Below, piece by piece: positions 10,667-20,930 of a stretch of 64,000 nucleotides of DNA (the first letter of the stretch is position 1; each line of letters begins with the position of its first letter). The notes beneath the pieces were generated by a model. It had not been told where the DNA came from. It searched no databases and saw nothing but the letters and a program-made list of their open reading frames with translations. The translations under genes and the position numbers were made by a program. The stretch is taken from the UHGV virus genome UHGV-1380027; one strand, written 5' to 3'. This DNA is from a virus.

Positions 10667-10753
10667 ATTCTCCTGAGAAAATTCCTTAAGGACTATTTTA
10701 ACACTTTAGAGAACAAAATGCAAGAACGGCATCCTTACCGTTCTTACCTTTGT

Positions 10754-11068
10754 TTACCTTTTACTATGCTCTACAAGCATGTGCAAAATCTTTTGTACAT
10801 CAGCTCGGATACCGGAGACATCTGTCCTGACATCTTGCTTAAGGTCGTTAATATCGGCCTCTAGCTTACTTAACCGGGTCTCGATAATGGAATCAAGTCT
10901 ATCTTTTGTAACCATGCTATTTTTCACTAAAATGAGGTCTTTCTCCAGCTCATCCAACCTCTTGGAAATGCCTTTCCATTTGGTGTGCCACTGGTTGAAA
11001 GCCCATACACAGATCGGGACAACGGTACCCATGCAGATACCGTACAATGCCGCCAAATCCAACTCCAC
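10754..11068 (-). CDS. membrane-anchored coiled-coil protein
   Basis: 104 aa: one N-terminal hydrophobic helix (LAALYGICMGTVVPICVWAF) then a heptad-like charged region; function not assignable. Confidence 0.3.
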   Translation of the reverse strand: MELDLAALYGICMGTVVPICVWAFNQWHTKWKGISKRLDELEKDLILVKNSMVTKDRLDSIIETRLSKLEADINDLKQDVRTDVSGIRADVQKILHMLVEHSKR

Positions 11069-11079
11069 AACACCTCCTC

Positions 11080-11664
11080 TTAGAGGGTAGGTCGTTCCGG
11101 GAAGAAAATGTCAGGGGCTTTAGATGTATCTATTTCAAGAAGTTTTACCCTGTACATTTTCAAATCTCTGATGTTGCGTTTTTGGTCATCAGTAAGATCG
11201 TATTCAAGGTCAATCATGTCTTGATAGGCACCAATTCTAGCAGTAGCCCAAGCAAGTTCTGTCTCTATGACACCCTCTGCCTGTTGAACAAAGAATTCAT
11301 TGTCTGTGACAAATTCATCACCAACTAAACGCAAAGCGTCGTGGTGGAGCATAATGTTTTCTGGTACCTCTTCTTTTTTGGCGATAACCACACGAAGACC
11401 TGGAGCAGGCCACAAGGCATCAGGTTCTTCTGTAGATGTCTTAAGAATACCCTTCTCGTCAACAAGTAAGAAGATACAGCCGGGATTTTCTTGTCGCAGT
11501 GTTCGTGATTGCACATACCAATCGCCATCATCATTACGTAAAAAATATCCAGTGTATGCTGTGTAATCCTCAACCTCCTGAGGAGTCAGCTCCTTGGTCT
11601 CCTTGTTGGTGTAGTATTCGCCAGATCCCGGTTGGTAAAGTTTAAACTCTTGAAGTATTTTCAT
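11080..11664 (-). CDS. tail fiber assembly chaperone (Tfa-like)
   Basis: 194 aa directly downstream of a fiber gene; size and C-terminal region (MYRVKLLEIDTSKAPDIFFPERP) consistent with Caudovirales fiber assembly proteins. Confidence 0.45.
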   Translation of the reverse strand: MKILQEFKLYQPGSGEYYTNKETKELTPQEVEDYTAYTGYFLRNDDGDWYVQSRTLRQENPGCIFLLVDEKGILKTSTEEPDALWPAPGLRVVIAKKEEVPENIMLHHDALRLVGDEFVTDNEFFVQQAEGVIETELAWATARIGAYQDMIDLEYDLTDDQKRNIRDLKMYRVKLLEIDTSKAPDIFFPERPTL

Positions 11665-11678
11665 GCTAGTCCTCCGAT

Positions 11679-12719
11679 CTACGCATAATTAACAGTGATC
11701 CATTGACCATTTACAAGTTTTTGTAAAGGTCCTGCCCAGTAGGTTGAACCACGCATCTCTTTTTTATCACCAAAATGCCAACCTGTGACAACGTAGCCGT
11801 TGCGAACTGGAGATTCAGAAACACCATCAACAAGTCTTGCACCGATTCTGATATCCTGTACCCCTGTCTGCGGGATGGTGATCGTTACATCTCCGTTACC
11901 GTTAGCCGTCACTCCATTCACAGAGCGCACCACATTTCTGTTACCGACAACACAATGCTGGCTTCTTACAACCATACTGTCACAACTTGCACCGCCATCA
12001 ACATATACGGACCCAGCTGTCAACTGACTAGCCACATTACAGTTGGTGAATGTTGCTGTGCTGCTGATGGTAAGGTTGTTACACCGCATGTTATCGACAA
12101 CTTCAACATTACCTACCACTTTCAACAGCGCACGGTTAGCCGTGATCGCGTTCAGGTACATCAAAGTGAACTCTGGATTAATGTCTGGCTGAGTTGGCTG
12201 GAATCTCCAACGAAACGCATCTACTGTAGATGTGCCACCATCATCAAACGCCCCAGTGTTATCACTTAACCCAAAGTCGAGAGTTGTCTTATCTGGACCA
12301 ATAGTTGTCTCTATCCAAGCCTTATCTGTCTCGGCAGCTTTAAAGTTGATACGCTGCAAACCTAAGGGGCCTGTCATTGTATCGCCTGTAACTTTTACAT
12401 ACCTGGCGTCTGCCTCTTCCTTAGTGATAATCCCAAGGTTTCTACGGGCAACAGGAATGTTCAAAAGATCGCTCAGGTTATTATCACGTACCAGATAACG
12501 GCCCTCTTGGGCAGGGATCTGCTCGTCAGCAATATATTTTGCCCAAGTCCCGAGCATATTGAAAATATAGTTAAGTTCTTCACATGACGGCTTTTGACCA
12601 AGATCCCAACCTTTTCTCCACAAATCATCAATCGGGCGTAGCCTGTTCTGTCTGTGGGTGTTAGGCAGAACCTGATCCTCCTCTGCCCAAATCTCTAATG
12701 GAAAACTAGGTTTTGACAT
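11679..12719 (-). CDS. tail fiber protein (paralog A)
   Basis: 346 aa; shares N- and C-terminal modules with the 9620-10666 product (C-terminus KLVNGQWITVNYA). Confidence 0.5.
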   Translation of the reverse strand: MSKPSFPLEIWAEEDQVLPNTHRQNRLRPIDDLWRKGWDLGQKPSCEELNYIFNMLGTWAKYIADEQIPAQEGRYLVRDNNLSDLLNIPVARRNLGIITKEEADARYVKVTGDTMTGPLGLQRINFKAAETDKAWIETTIGPDKTTLDFGLSDNTGAFDDGGTSTVDAFRWRFQPTQPDINPEFTLMYLNAITANRALLKVVGNVEVVDNMRCNNLTISSTATFTNCNVASQLTAGSVYVDGGASCDSMVVRSQHCVVGNRNVVRSVNGVTANGNGDVTITIPQTGVQDIRIGARLVDGVSESPVRNGYVVTGWHFGDKKEMRGSTYWAGPLQKLVNGQWITVNYA

Positions 12720-12731
12720 TTTATCTCCTGA

Positions 12732-14804
12732 TTATGAGAAGTCTGGCGGAACAACATCTTCTACATACCCTTTCAGAGCAACCTGCCCCATATGCAGAAC
12801 AGTAGAATCTCTGGCGGTAACAGTGATGCTGTCAGACATTACTTGCGGGTATGCCCACACATACTGTTTTACCTCAGGGTATCTATACTCTATGGTTGCC
12901 ATGTTTCCGCAAATACATCTCCATAAAAATTCTTGGTAATTCCTGGTTGGGTCGTAGCCATATACCGGAGCAAGCTCTTTGCTAGGAACGAACCCTGCAA
13001 GGTATTGTATTTCAGACGGTTTCCAACCTAACTTAACGATAGGTATGTTTACAGACTCTTTTGCCTTTTCAATACCTCCCTGCATCACCCAATCGTAGCA
13101 CTCAGTGCAGAAGAAATCAAGAGCACCTGCTTCCTTTTTATATTGGTCAGCAAGGTTCAGTTTTTGCGTAAGCTCGGTTTCCATAATAGTGGGGAAAAAC
13201 AGTAAAGCTGTCATCTGAGCCGATGCAGCGTGTGCTTTTATTGCCTTTGAAATGGCTGCAATACGAGCGCCAAGCTTACCACGACAAAATGCTACATACT
13301 TGTCATAAACACCGCCAGTTTTAGGATCGTCAATAGTCCCAATGTCTAGTGCATATTCACCAGTCTCATCATAAAACGCCTGCTTTGTAGGGTAGTCATA
13401 AATACAAGGCTTACGAGTATCGGTATTGAACCACCACCACGGTTCACCAATCTGCATAATCACTGGTAGGTTGTTTCTCATAGCGGCTGATGCAAAATTC
13501 TTAAATACTGCAGTAAGGAAATTCATGCCCTCTTCAATGGTTGGAGACAGGAGGTAACTACAAGGCGTATAGCCTGTTTTAGCATAGTTATCGTTCCAGT
13601 CTCTCTGGGTCCATTCCAACGGACAGGCATCGCTATAAAGCTCAAAGCTTACAGACTGCATAACGTCGAAGTCATGTCGTTTGGCATTGTACATAAAATC
13701 ATCATGCCATTTATAAGCTGCAGCGTTTAGAGCTCCTGTTTTGTTTATAGACCATTGGGTTCCTGACCATGTGTAGTCATAATAATGGCTCATACCAACA
13801 TAATGGTTTATGGTTCCTGTATAGCCCAGACGCTTGATATTGCTCAACACCCTTAAAGGGGATACGTTCCACATATCGTCATATGCTGTGCAGATCCCAA
13901 CATCGTGTTCTTTCACCTGAATATTGTTAAGTTGCATCATTTTCCAGCCTGTGTCCGGCTGAAGAAGATCTAGACGCAACTCACACTCTACATTTTCCGT
14001 TCTCGGGTCTGTGCTATTACCTACCCAATCTTTAGGCATAAGTGGTATTAGAATCCTTCTCACCTGCCGAGGATCAACACCCATCATGTTGTTGTTCTGG
14101 TCCATCCCGACGCAGTCCTCGAAATCAATATGAATTTCTGCAACATTCTTATCCTCTGAGATGCTGACAGCATATTGAGCTAAAGGAACATAGATGATTG
14201 TACCATCAACAAGGTCTACAGGCATAATCATCTTTTCAGGGGTGGAGAAGTTGCTGGCATTGGTTATTGACATTCTGAACCAAAGCTTGGTGTTTCTCAT
14301 CTCGTAGTGATCATCAAATCCAATGCCGAAATGGTCATACTTGTCAACTGTTTCCCAAATGCACCCAGCCATGCCCCCATATGTTCTTGACACTAAACGG
14401 TTAATACAGCAGTTATTATCCGCAACAATACAGGTGCTTTCAGTCTGCTGTGTGGTTGTAACCCAGTATCTTGGGTGAAACATTCTCTCCTCAACTGTAT
14501 CCCAAGATATTCTGTCAAGATTCTCATCTGAAACTATTGTACATTTCGCTCTTTGTGTTCCAATCATAACCCCTTGGGAGTTTGATGAAAACTCCATAAA
14601 GAAGCTCCTTGGCAACCTGTTTGGCAATTTGTCAACAATTTCTACAGGGATCTCGATACTGGTTGCCCCAACCGGGATAGTTACATCGCCCTCAACATGA
14701 TCATAATCCCTACCCGGAACTGCAGTATCTTGAACTGTGCGGTAATGAAACCGTGCAGCCATTGTAGAGTAATCACGGTAAGGTTTAAAAACAGCTGTTG
14801 CCAT
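12732..14804 (-). CDS. tail-associated protein, possibly enzymatic
   Basis: 690 aa between baseplate-like genes and fiber genes; Trp/Tyr/Asp-rich sequence suggestive of a carbohydrate-active fold; no specific motif confirmed. Confidence 0.35.
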   Translation of the reverse strand: MATAVFKPYRDYSTMAARFHYRTVQDTAVPGRDYDHVEGDVTIPVGATSIEIPVEIVDKLPNRLPRSFFMEFSSNSQGVMIGTQRAKCTIVSDENLDRISWDTVEERMFHPRYWVTTTQQTESTCIVADNNCCINRLVSRTYGGMAGCIWETVDKYDHFGIGFDDHYEMRNTKLWFRMSITNASNFSTPEKMIMPVDLVDGTIIYVPLAQYAVSISEDKNVAEIHIDFEDCVGMDQNNNMMGVDPRQVRRILIPLMPKDWVGNSTDPRTENVECELRLDLLQPDTGWKMMQLNNIQVKEHDVGICTAYDDMWNVSPLRVLSNIKRLGYTGTINHYVGMSHYYDYTWSGTQWSINKTGALNAAAYKWHDDFMYNAKRHDFDVMQSVSFELYSDACPLEWTQRDWNDNYAKTGYTPCSYLLSPTIEEGMNFLTAVFKNFASAAMRNNLPVIMQIGEPWWWFNTDTRKPCIYDYPTKQAFYDETGEYALDIGTIDDPKTGGVYDKYVAFCRGKLGARIAAISKAIKAHAASAQMTALLFFPTIMETELTQKLNLADQYKKEAGALDFFCTECYDWVMQGGIEKAKESVNIPIVKLGWKPSEIQYLAGFVPSKELAPVYGYDPTRNYQEFLWRCICGNMATIEYRYPEVKQYVWAYPQVMSDSITVTARDSTVLHMGQVALKGYVEDVVPPDFS

Positions 14805-15490
14805 TAACCCTCCTGTCTAGTTGCGTTTACTGTAATACTTTCACAATAAATGGTTGTAGTGTCCCAATCAGGTCTTACGTCAGGAACATATAACAAAGTA
14901 GCCAGCCCACCAACCCCGAACTGATTTTCTTCCCACACTGATCCAAAGCCGAGAGCTGTAGAGTCCCCTTCAAAACCAAAAGCTTGTCCTTGCGACTCCG
15001 TAAGACGCAAATGACAAGGCAATGGCAGCATATCTAAGATTTGGTCGATAGACTGCAATATGTCAAAGCAAGTTTTTCTAATGTTTATGTCAAACCTGAA
15101 ATTGTCACCTTTCCACGTATCGAAATTATCTCTTCCGAACAACTGTCGTAAGGTGGAGATGACATCTTCGCGAGTACCACCTCTTGATGATGCTGCCTGC
15201 TGAATAATCAGCGTAGCACGAAAATCCGCGTCTGAAAGACCATTCCTAAGAATACCAAGTTGATTACCAACTTCGTCAAGGTATCTCCCGCTGGCATTGT
15301 TAAGCAATCTTCCTTCAGCCAAGCCTACCAGCATTTTATCAACATTCTTCAACCTTTTAAGGTACACGGTTAAGAATGTGACTAAATTAACCTTCTCAGC
15401 CAGAAAATCCCCAGGGAGGTAATCAAGACCTCCCTGAACAAAATCTGGCAGAGTGTGGATGTGGTTGACATCCGACTTAATCTCTGCCAT
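14804..15490 (-). CDS. baseplate protein (P2 gpI / Mu gp48-like by position)
   Basis: 228 aa immediately after a baseplate J-like gene; order matches J-I-H-G of P2-type baseplates. Confidence 0.35.
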   Translation of the reverse strand: MAEIKSDVNHIHTLPDFVQGGLDYLPGDFLAEKVNLVTFLTVYLKRLKNVDKMLVGLAEGRLLNNASGRYLDEVGNQLGILRNGLSDADFRATLIIQQAASSRGGTREDVISTLRQLFGRDNFDTWKGDNFRFDINIRKTCFDILQSIDQILDMLPLPCHLRLTESQGQAFGFEGDSTALGFGSVWEENQFGVGGLATLLYVPDVRPDWDTTTIYCESITVNATRQEG

Positions 15491-15501
15491 ATCTCACCGC
15501 C

Positions 15502-16992
15502 TTAAATAGTTTGTTGGAAAGTTATATTACTTTCGTCTAGATCAAACACCTCAGTCATGTTTGCAACAATATCGTTTGTGGTGTAAGCTTCATCAGAGGC
15601 CCCCACAGGTTTGACTTGAATTACAAGTCTGTTAAATCTGCCTATTGACACAGCAGCCGATGCAGCACCAACCAATTGGATATTGTACAACGTATCTGCA
15701 ACATCCAGTCCGTTAACAACCTGCAAAAGAGCCTCTACAATGGCATCTTTTTCTGTTGTGGAAAGCGCAGCACCTGAGTAGGTAATTCTTACATCTAGGC
15801 GGTAGGTATTTGCCTTGGAGTAATAAATCCTTTCAGTCTGACCGTCTGATGTGGTAATATCGTAGAAGATATTCCCATAAGTTCTATTTGTGCAAGCTAT
15901 GGTTTGATACAGCGCCTGACAGATATCCTCTGTTGCACCACCAAACACCACCACTTGAAACTTATAAGGTGGTATACCTTTCGCATCCGTTTTATCGGTG
16001 TTGTTAGAGAACACTCTTACTTTCTCAACACCTTTCACCTCGCTTACAGCGCTAAGGATTGCAGGACGGGTAGCTTTAGATGTCAGCTGTTTAGTGCTGG
16101 AAGCTCTTAAGCGATACTCAGAGTCTTTCTCAACATCCCTGCCCTCATTGAATCTTTCTCGGTTGGTAAGCTTGATAAATCCACTGGGAGTAGGTGACAT
16201 TGTTGTCACGGTTTCTGCCCCTCTTGACAGCTCACCAGCCTCGTTAGCGATAACATCTAGGGTGATAGTTCTTTCCCCTACAATCGGGGATACTCTGAAA
16301 TCTACCCTGCTATTAAGTCCAACTTGATAAAGATTCGAATTGTACCCTATCCACAACGTCCCTGTCAACATATCTATCTGAATTAAATCATCATTCAGCA
16401 GGGTTGTATTATCGACAATGAATTGCTTAATCTCGCCGTAAAAGCTTGGCAAATCAGAAGAGTCCAGAGCCTTATCTGTTAAAACCAGACTTTTTGTTTT
16501 GATACTTCCGTCTGTCTGGTTGGTAATTTGAAAGTTGTATTTCCCAATTCTTAGGTCTGGAGCGTTTATTCTGTGAGCAATAAGATTTCCCGCCACCTGC
16601 ACATCGTTGCTAAGAACAAAGTTGCCACTGTCCAGCGTATAAGTTTTGGAATCATAAATCATATTGTACGGCACAGTTGTGTTGATTGTCAACTGGCAGG
16701 TACCTGATGATTTAGAACGGCCTCTTCGGTAAATACCCTGTCTTCCAAGAAGCTCATCTAGGTAAATACCTTCTGCCCCGTACAGCGTCTGCGATGCGTA
16801 TACAGATGCTGCCATAAGAATAAGTTGATACTCTCGCTCGTTGAAGATAGTGGTCAGCTTATCTGCAACGGAGTTACTCTGTACGTTGAAGTTTTCGCCA
16901 AAAGCACGGATCAGGCTTTGCTTAGTTTCAACGATTAGGTCATTTAGGGTTGGTATAACGAAACCAGCCTCTGTCAATCCATACTTAGCCAC
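15502..16992 (-). CDS. baseplate J-like protein
   Basis: 496 aa; N-terminal region (YGAEGIYLDELLGRQGIYRRGRSKSSGTCQLT) resembles baseplate J / T4 gp6-family wedge proteins; gene order. Confidence 0.4.
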   Translation of the reverse strand: MAKYGLTEAGFVIPTLNDLIVETKQSLIRAFGENFNVQSNSVADKLTTIFNEREYQLILMAASVYASQTLYGAEGIYLDELLGRQGIYRRGRSKSSGTCQLTINTTVPYNMIYDSKTYTLDSGNFVLSNDVQVAGNLIAHRINAPDLRIGKYNFQITNQTDGSIKTKSLVLTDKALDSSDLPSFYGEIKQFIVDNTTLLNDDLIQIDMLTGTLWIGYNSNLYQVGLNSRVDFRVSPIVGERTITLDVIANEAGELSRGAETVTTMSPTPSGFIKLTNRERFNEGRDVEKDSEYRLRASSTKQLTSKATRPAILSAVSEVKGVEKVRVFSNNTDKTDAKGIPPYKFQVVVFGGATEDICQALYQTIACTNRTYGNIFYDITTSDGQTERIYYSKANTYRLDVRITYSGAALSTTEKDAIVEALLQVVNGLDVADTLYNIQLVGAASAAVSIGRFNRLVIQVKPVGASDEAYTTNDIVANMTEVFDLDESNITFQQTI

Positions 16993-17061
16993 GTCACTCC
17001 TCCGGTATGAAAATCTCTACAAGGTATTTTACCAAATTTTGTAACAATAGTCAATCTGAGC

Positions 17062-17088
17062 ATAAAAATAAACCCCGCCGAAGCGGGG
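17062..17088 (-). terminator. rho-independent terminator after the J-like gene
   Basis: minus-strand hairpin CCCCGCTTCGGCGGGG (17073-17088) followed by TTTATTTTTAT. Confidence 0.65.
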
Positions 17089-17096
17089 CTTTACTG

Positions 17097-20000
17097 TTAG
17101 CCATGAGACTCGTTCCAAGGTCCCTGGAAGCTAGAGTTTGAACGACTAACTATTACGGTTGGACAAGATATTGTAACTCCTGTCACGCTTGACCTTGGTG
17201 TGTATATCTCGACGATAATGTCTATGGTTTGTTCACCGAGACCAGTTATCCCTACCGCACACATGCCGTTGTTGTCGTTTCCGTACTTCTTGCCTGCAAG
17301 GATTTGATGTCCGGCTATCCAAACGTTGAGCTGGGAGCCAGACAAGGTTCCGTTTAGTTTAAAGAAGAATGTTACGTTCTTACCTTGCCCTGAAACGTTG
17401 TCCACATATCTCCACCTCCAACGGCAAACCCCCTGCTGCGAGTTATATACCGGAGGACAGTCACCATAGGTCCTATGTGCAACGATTGCACCTTCGAACT
17501 GGTCAGCACGGATAACGGAAGCTTCTACACGTCCACGGAATGTACCTCCTGTTGCATCTATGGTGCCTCTAAAGCTACCATTATTGGCATAAACATCCCC
17601 ACGGAAAGTGCCACTGGTAGCGTTAACTGCCCCTGTGAAGTTACCTGCACTAGCGTTGATGTTACCTTTCACCCACACATCCATAAACTGGGCGTGTCCG
17701 TTCTTGTTAATATACCAACCGTATTTATGGTACCCGTTGCCATCGTAGTTGTTAGACGAAATTTCTTGTGCAATCTTGGCAGAAGAGATCGTCCCGTTCT
17801 CTATAAAAGCATCTTTCAAGAACGCTTGGTTGTTCTTGATTGCGAAAGCAAGGGTTGCTGTTCCATTTCCGGGGTTGTATACCGCAAAGTTGTTTGCACT
17901 AACCATGAAGTATGATTGAACTTGGCCTCCAGAGCCTTCCATGCCCAATTGGATACCTGCCACATACTTATTCCCTGCGGAGTCTACCTGTATTTTTGTG
18001 CCCCATTGAGCATTTACTTTGCCCTCTAAGTCTGTCACAGCCTTAGATGTTGTAGCTACTGCAGCTCTAAGCTCTGACACATCACCGACATCATCAATGA
18101 TCTCCTGCTTAGCAACAGCAAGTTCTTGACGAATAGCTGACGCTGTGCCGTTAATAAGATCCACGGTTGCTTTGTTGGTATCGGAGATTGTAGCGTCCAG
18201 TGCTGTTTTTGTGGAGGTCAGCTTACCATCCAAATCCTTAATCGCCTGTTTGTTGGTAGAAATTTCTCCACGTGCAGAAGTTATCTGCTCCGACAGTGCA
18301 GAGGTTTTCTGATTCAACAAATCTGTGGTGGCCTTGTTGGTATTGGCAATCAAGGTATTGAGATCAGTTTTTGCGGTAGTTATCTTACCATCAAGGGTGG
18401 TATAGTTCTTAGATACCGTCGCGTTTGTCTGACTGATCTTTTGATCCAGAGTTTCAGATGTCCTGTTGAGAAGATCCACTGTCGCCTGGTTGGTGCTTAA
18501 GATGCTTGCATCAAGTTCCGTTCTCTGAGTATTGATCTTGCCATCTAGAGTTTTATCTCCGGCAAGGTATCCGCTCTCCACACCACTTATTTGTTCTACC
18601 AACTCCCCTTTGGCTGCAACCAATTTCTCGTCTAAAGCCTCTGTCTTTTTGTTCAGAAGATCAGTGGTTGCTTTGTTGGTTGTCTCGATCAGGGATGCCA
18701 GTCTTCCACTTTCAGTGTTCAGATCGTTGGTGAACTTGTTCTGTGCAGCAACAAGTTTCCTATCCAGAGCTGTGATATTACCATTGACATCCTCAAACTT
18801 CTGAGTTGTCTCTGCAACTACTGCACCTATCCTATCTCCAAGTTGTTGGAATGCCTCATCTACCCTTCCGTCCATGTACTTGTTAAGCTCTGTGACACGA
18901 TTTTCAACCTCCTCGATAGAGGAATCTAAAGTGCTCATCAACTCTTTATAAGTTTCTGTCTTTTTAAATTCAGCATCTATCTGAGGCATCAAATCTTCAA
19001 TAGAGGTGTAGCAGCGTGCAGCGCATTCTACAAACTGAGAACTACCAAAAGCGTTTGTGGTTCGAATATACCAATAATAAATCTTATCGTTCTGCAGACC
19101 TTCAGATGTCCAAGTTGAACCAACACCCATACGGGTAGCTTTTGAAGTAACGGTTGCATCACTTGTGTCCGGCAACCTTGTCATACCAGATGTCCAAAAA
19201 TCATACTGGGTGCTTACACTTGCTAAGTCCCTGCTGTGCGGAATCAAGGTGATAGCAAAGTATCCCTGCTTAACTTCTACAGAAACAGGAGCTTCAGGTG
19301 CTTGAATGTTGAACTCGCAGTAGGCTTCTGGAGATACACCACCCTTATAAGATGTTGCAACCACGGTTGCTGTGTATGACCCTTTGGTCAATCCTTCTAC
19401 GCGGACAAACTGCTCGACTGTTTGTGCTGTCCAAATAATCTCTCCGTTCTTTCTTACCTGCACAATATTTTGAGCATAAGTTCCAACGTTGTCCCAAGCC
19501 AAAACACCATGAGTTACTTCCCCAGCTTGAAGAACAGAGTATCTGAAGTTTTGCGGTTGAGCTACACCGGACGGGGATATCGGAATATCCACATCTCCAG
19601 AATCCGGAAGTTGCCCTGTGGCATCATTCCACTCTTTAGCATCTTGACGGAGTTTTACCTTGACACCGCCCTTTTTGGTGAACTCCCATTCAAGAACCCT
19701 CATTTCTTGGCCCACTATACCAATACTTGGGAGGTCCATCGTAACGTAACGCCCAGGCTTAAATTTAAAACCCCGCATATTGCAGGTTACTTCAATAATC
19801 CTGCCAGCTCTGGCACGTCTTAAGAATATTGCGGAAACACGCTGAGCCTGATAAGGACTGGTAACAAAACGATAATCTATATCAATTATCTTTCTTTCTC
19901 CGTCCTTCTCTACCCATTCAGGTACGAACACCGATGGGAAGTCTGTTTCAGAATACCCTTTGGTTGGACTGGTGAATCTCCCAGTTATTGTGTTTGATCT

Positions 20001-20930
20001 TTTGTCGAAGGAGGCTTCAGGATAGATCTTAACCTCACCGCAAACACAGTCCTCACTCAGTGTCATTGTTGCCGGGCCATAGTATGCACCTACCAGCAGA
20101 CCGTATTTGCCAGCTACATAGCTAAGGTCTGCACCACAAGCCTTCAGCATTTCTGCCATAATACTTGCTGGTGCTTCGTCCATGTCGAACTCACCATTAA
20201 TAGTGTAACGGCGCTCACTGGTTCCGTCCGCGTTTTTTACAGCCTCGTCGCATATGTTGGCAGCTTCCTTGAAGGACTCCCAGTTGATGGTTTCGTCAGG
20301 ACATTTAAGGTACGTTCTTAGATAGTCCAGAATCACCAAGGCAGCGTTGTTGGTATACACCTCTTTACTGATACGAGGATCATAACATTTTTTACCAACC
20401 TTGACAAGTGTAACGTTTGGCAACCCAAAAGGAAACTTGTTAGGGTCAAACTTAAAGCTGGCACGTAGCCAACTGATCCCTCTACCTATCATGTCTGGTG
20501 ACCACGAAGGGCAGTGTGTGCCCATGAAAGGATCAGAGGTTTTCCTGTCGTTATGCAACTCCCACGATACCAAATCCCCATACGAGGAAATAGGATTACC
20601 GTCGATAAGTATATCTTCTATACCTTCCAAGGGATGATTGGCAAGAACAATAGCACAATGAAGGGTTCTGTCCCTGTCCTGCTCCAAAAACGCAAGCAAT
20701 CCAGATGTGCGTGTCTTCCCATACACTACAGAGCAAGGTGCAGCAGAAGATCTGAGAAGCTTTTGTCTATCTTGTGGACTTCTGTAAGATTTGTTGCCTT
20801 CGAAAATCTTATCAAGGGTTCTGGTGGTAACAGTGTTCAGGCTGTCAGCCAGAGCTGCCTTGGATGCGTTCCAGTCATAGCTCGAAGATCTTGCAGAAGC
20901 AACGATGTTATCAATCATTGCAATTGGCAT
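17097..20930 (-). CDS. lambda gpJ-like central tail fiber / host specificity protein
   Basis: 1277 aa; segments GYFAITLIPH, KIYYWYIRTTNAFGSSQFVE and KYVAGIQLGMEGSGGQVQSYFMVSANNFAVYNP align to conserved lambda J blocks as recalled; internal repeat region. Confidence 0.65.
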   Translation of the reverse strand: MPIAMIDNIVASARSSSYDWNASKAALADSLNTVTTRTLDKIFEGNKSYRSPQDRQKLLRSSAAPCSVVYGKTRTSGLLAFLEQDRDRTLHCAIVLANHPLEGIEDILIDGNPISSYGDLVSWELHNDRKTSDPFMGTHCPSWSPDMIGRGISWLRASFKFDPNKFPFGLPNVTLVKVGKKCYDPRISKEVYTNNAALVILDYLRTYLKCPDETINWESFKEAANICDEAVKNADGTSERRYTINGEFDMDEAPASIMAEMLKACGADLSYVAGKYGLLVGAYYGPATMTLSEDCVCGEVKIYPEASFDKRSNTITGRFTSPTKGYSETDFPSVFVPEWVEKDGERKIIDIDYRFVTSPYQAQRVSAIFLRRARAGRIIEVTCNMRGFKFKPGRYVTMDLPSIGIVGQEMRVLEWEFTKKGGVKVKLRQDAKEWNDATGQLPDSGDVDIPISPSGVAQPQNFRYSVLQAGEVTHGVLAWDNVGTYAQNIVQVRKNGEIIWTAQTVEQFVRVEGLTKGSYTATVVATSYKGGVSPEAYCEFNIQAPEAPVSVEVKQGYFAITLIPHSRDLASVSTQYDFWTSGMTRLPDTSDATVTSKATRMGVGSTWTSEGLQNDKIYYWYIRTTNAFGSSQFVECAARCYTSIEDLMPQIDAEFKKTETYKELMSTLDSSIEEVENRVTELNKYMDGRVDEAFQQLGDRIGAVVAETTQKFEDVNGNITALDRKLVAAQNKFTNDLNTESGRLASLIETTNKATTDLLNKKTEALDEKLVAAKGELVEQISGVESGYLAGDKTLDGKINTQRTELDASILSTNQATVDLLNRTSETLDQKISQTNATVSKNYTTLDGKITTAKTDLNTLIANTNKATTDLLNQKTSALSEQITSARGEISTNKQAIKDLDGKLTSTKTALDATISDTNKATVDLINGTASAIRQELAVAKQEIIDDVGDVSELRAAVATTSKAVTDLEGKVNAQWGTKIQVDSAGNKYVAGIQLGMEGSGGQVQSYFMVSANNFAVYNPGNGTATLAFAIKNNQAFLKDAFIENGTISSAKIAQEISSNNYDGNGYHKYGWYINKNGHAQFMDVWVKGNINASAGNFTGAVNATSGTFRGDVYANNGSFRGTIDATGGTFRGRVEASVIRADQFEGAIVAHRTYGDCPPVYNSQQGVCRWRWRYVDNVSGQGKNVTFFFKLNGTLSGSQLNVWIAGHQILAGKKYGNDNNGMCAVGITGLGEQTIDIIVEIYTPRSSVTGVTISCPTVIVSRSNSSFQGPWNESHG

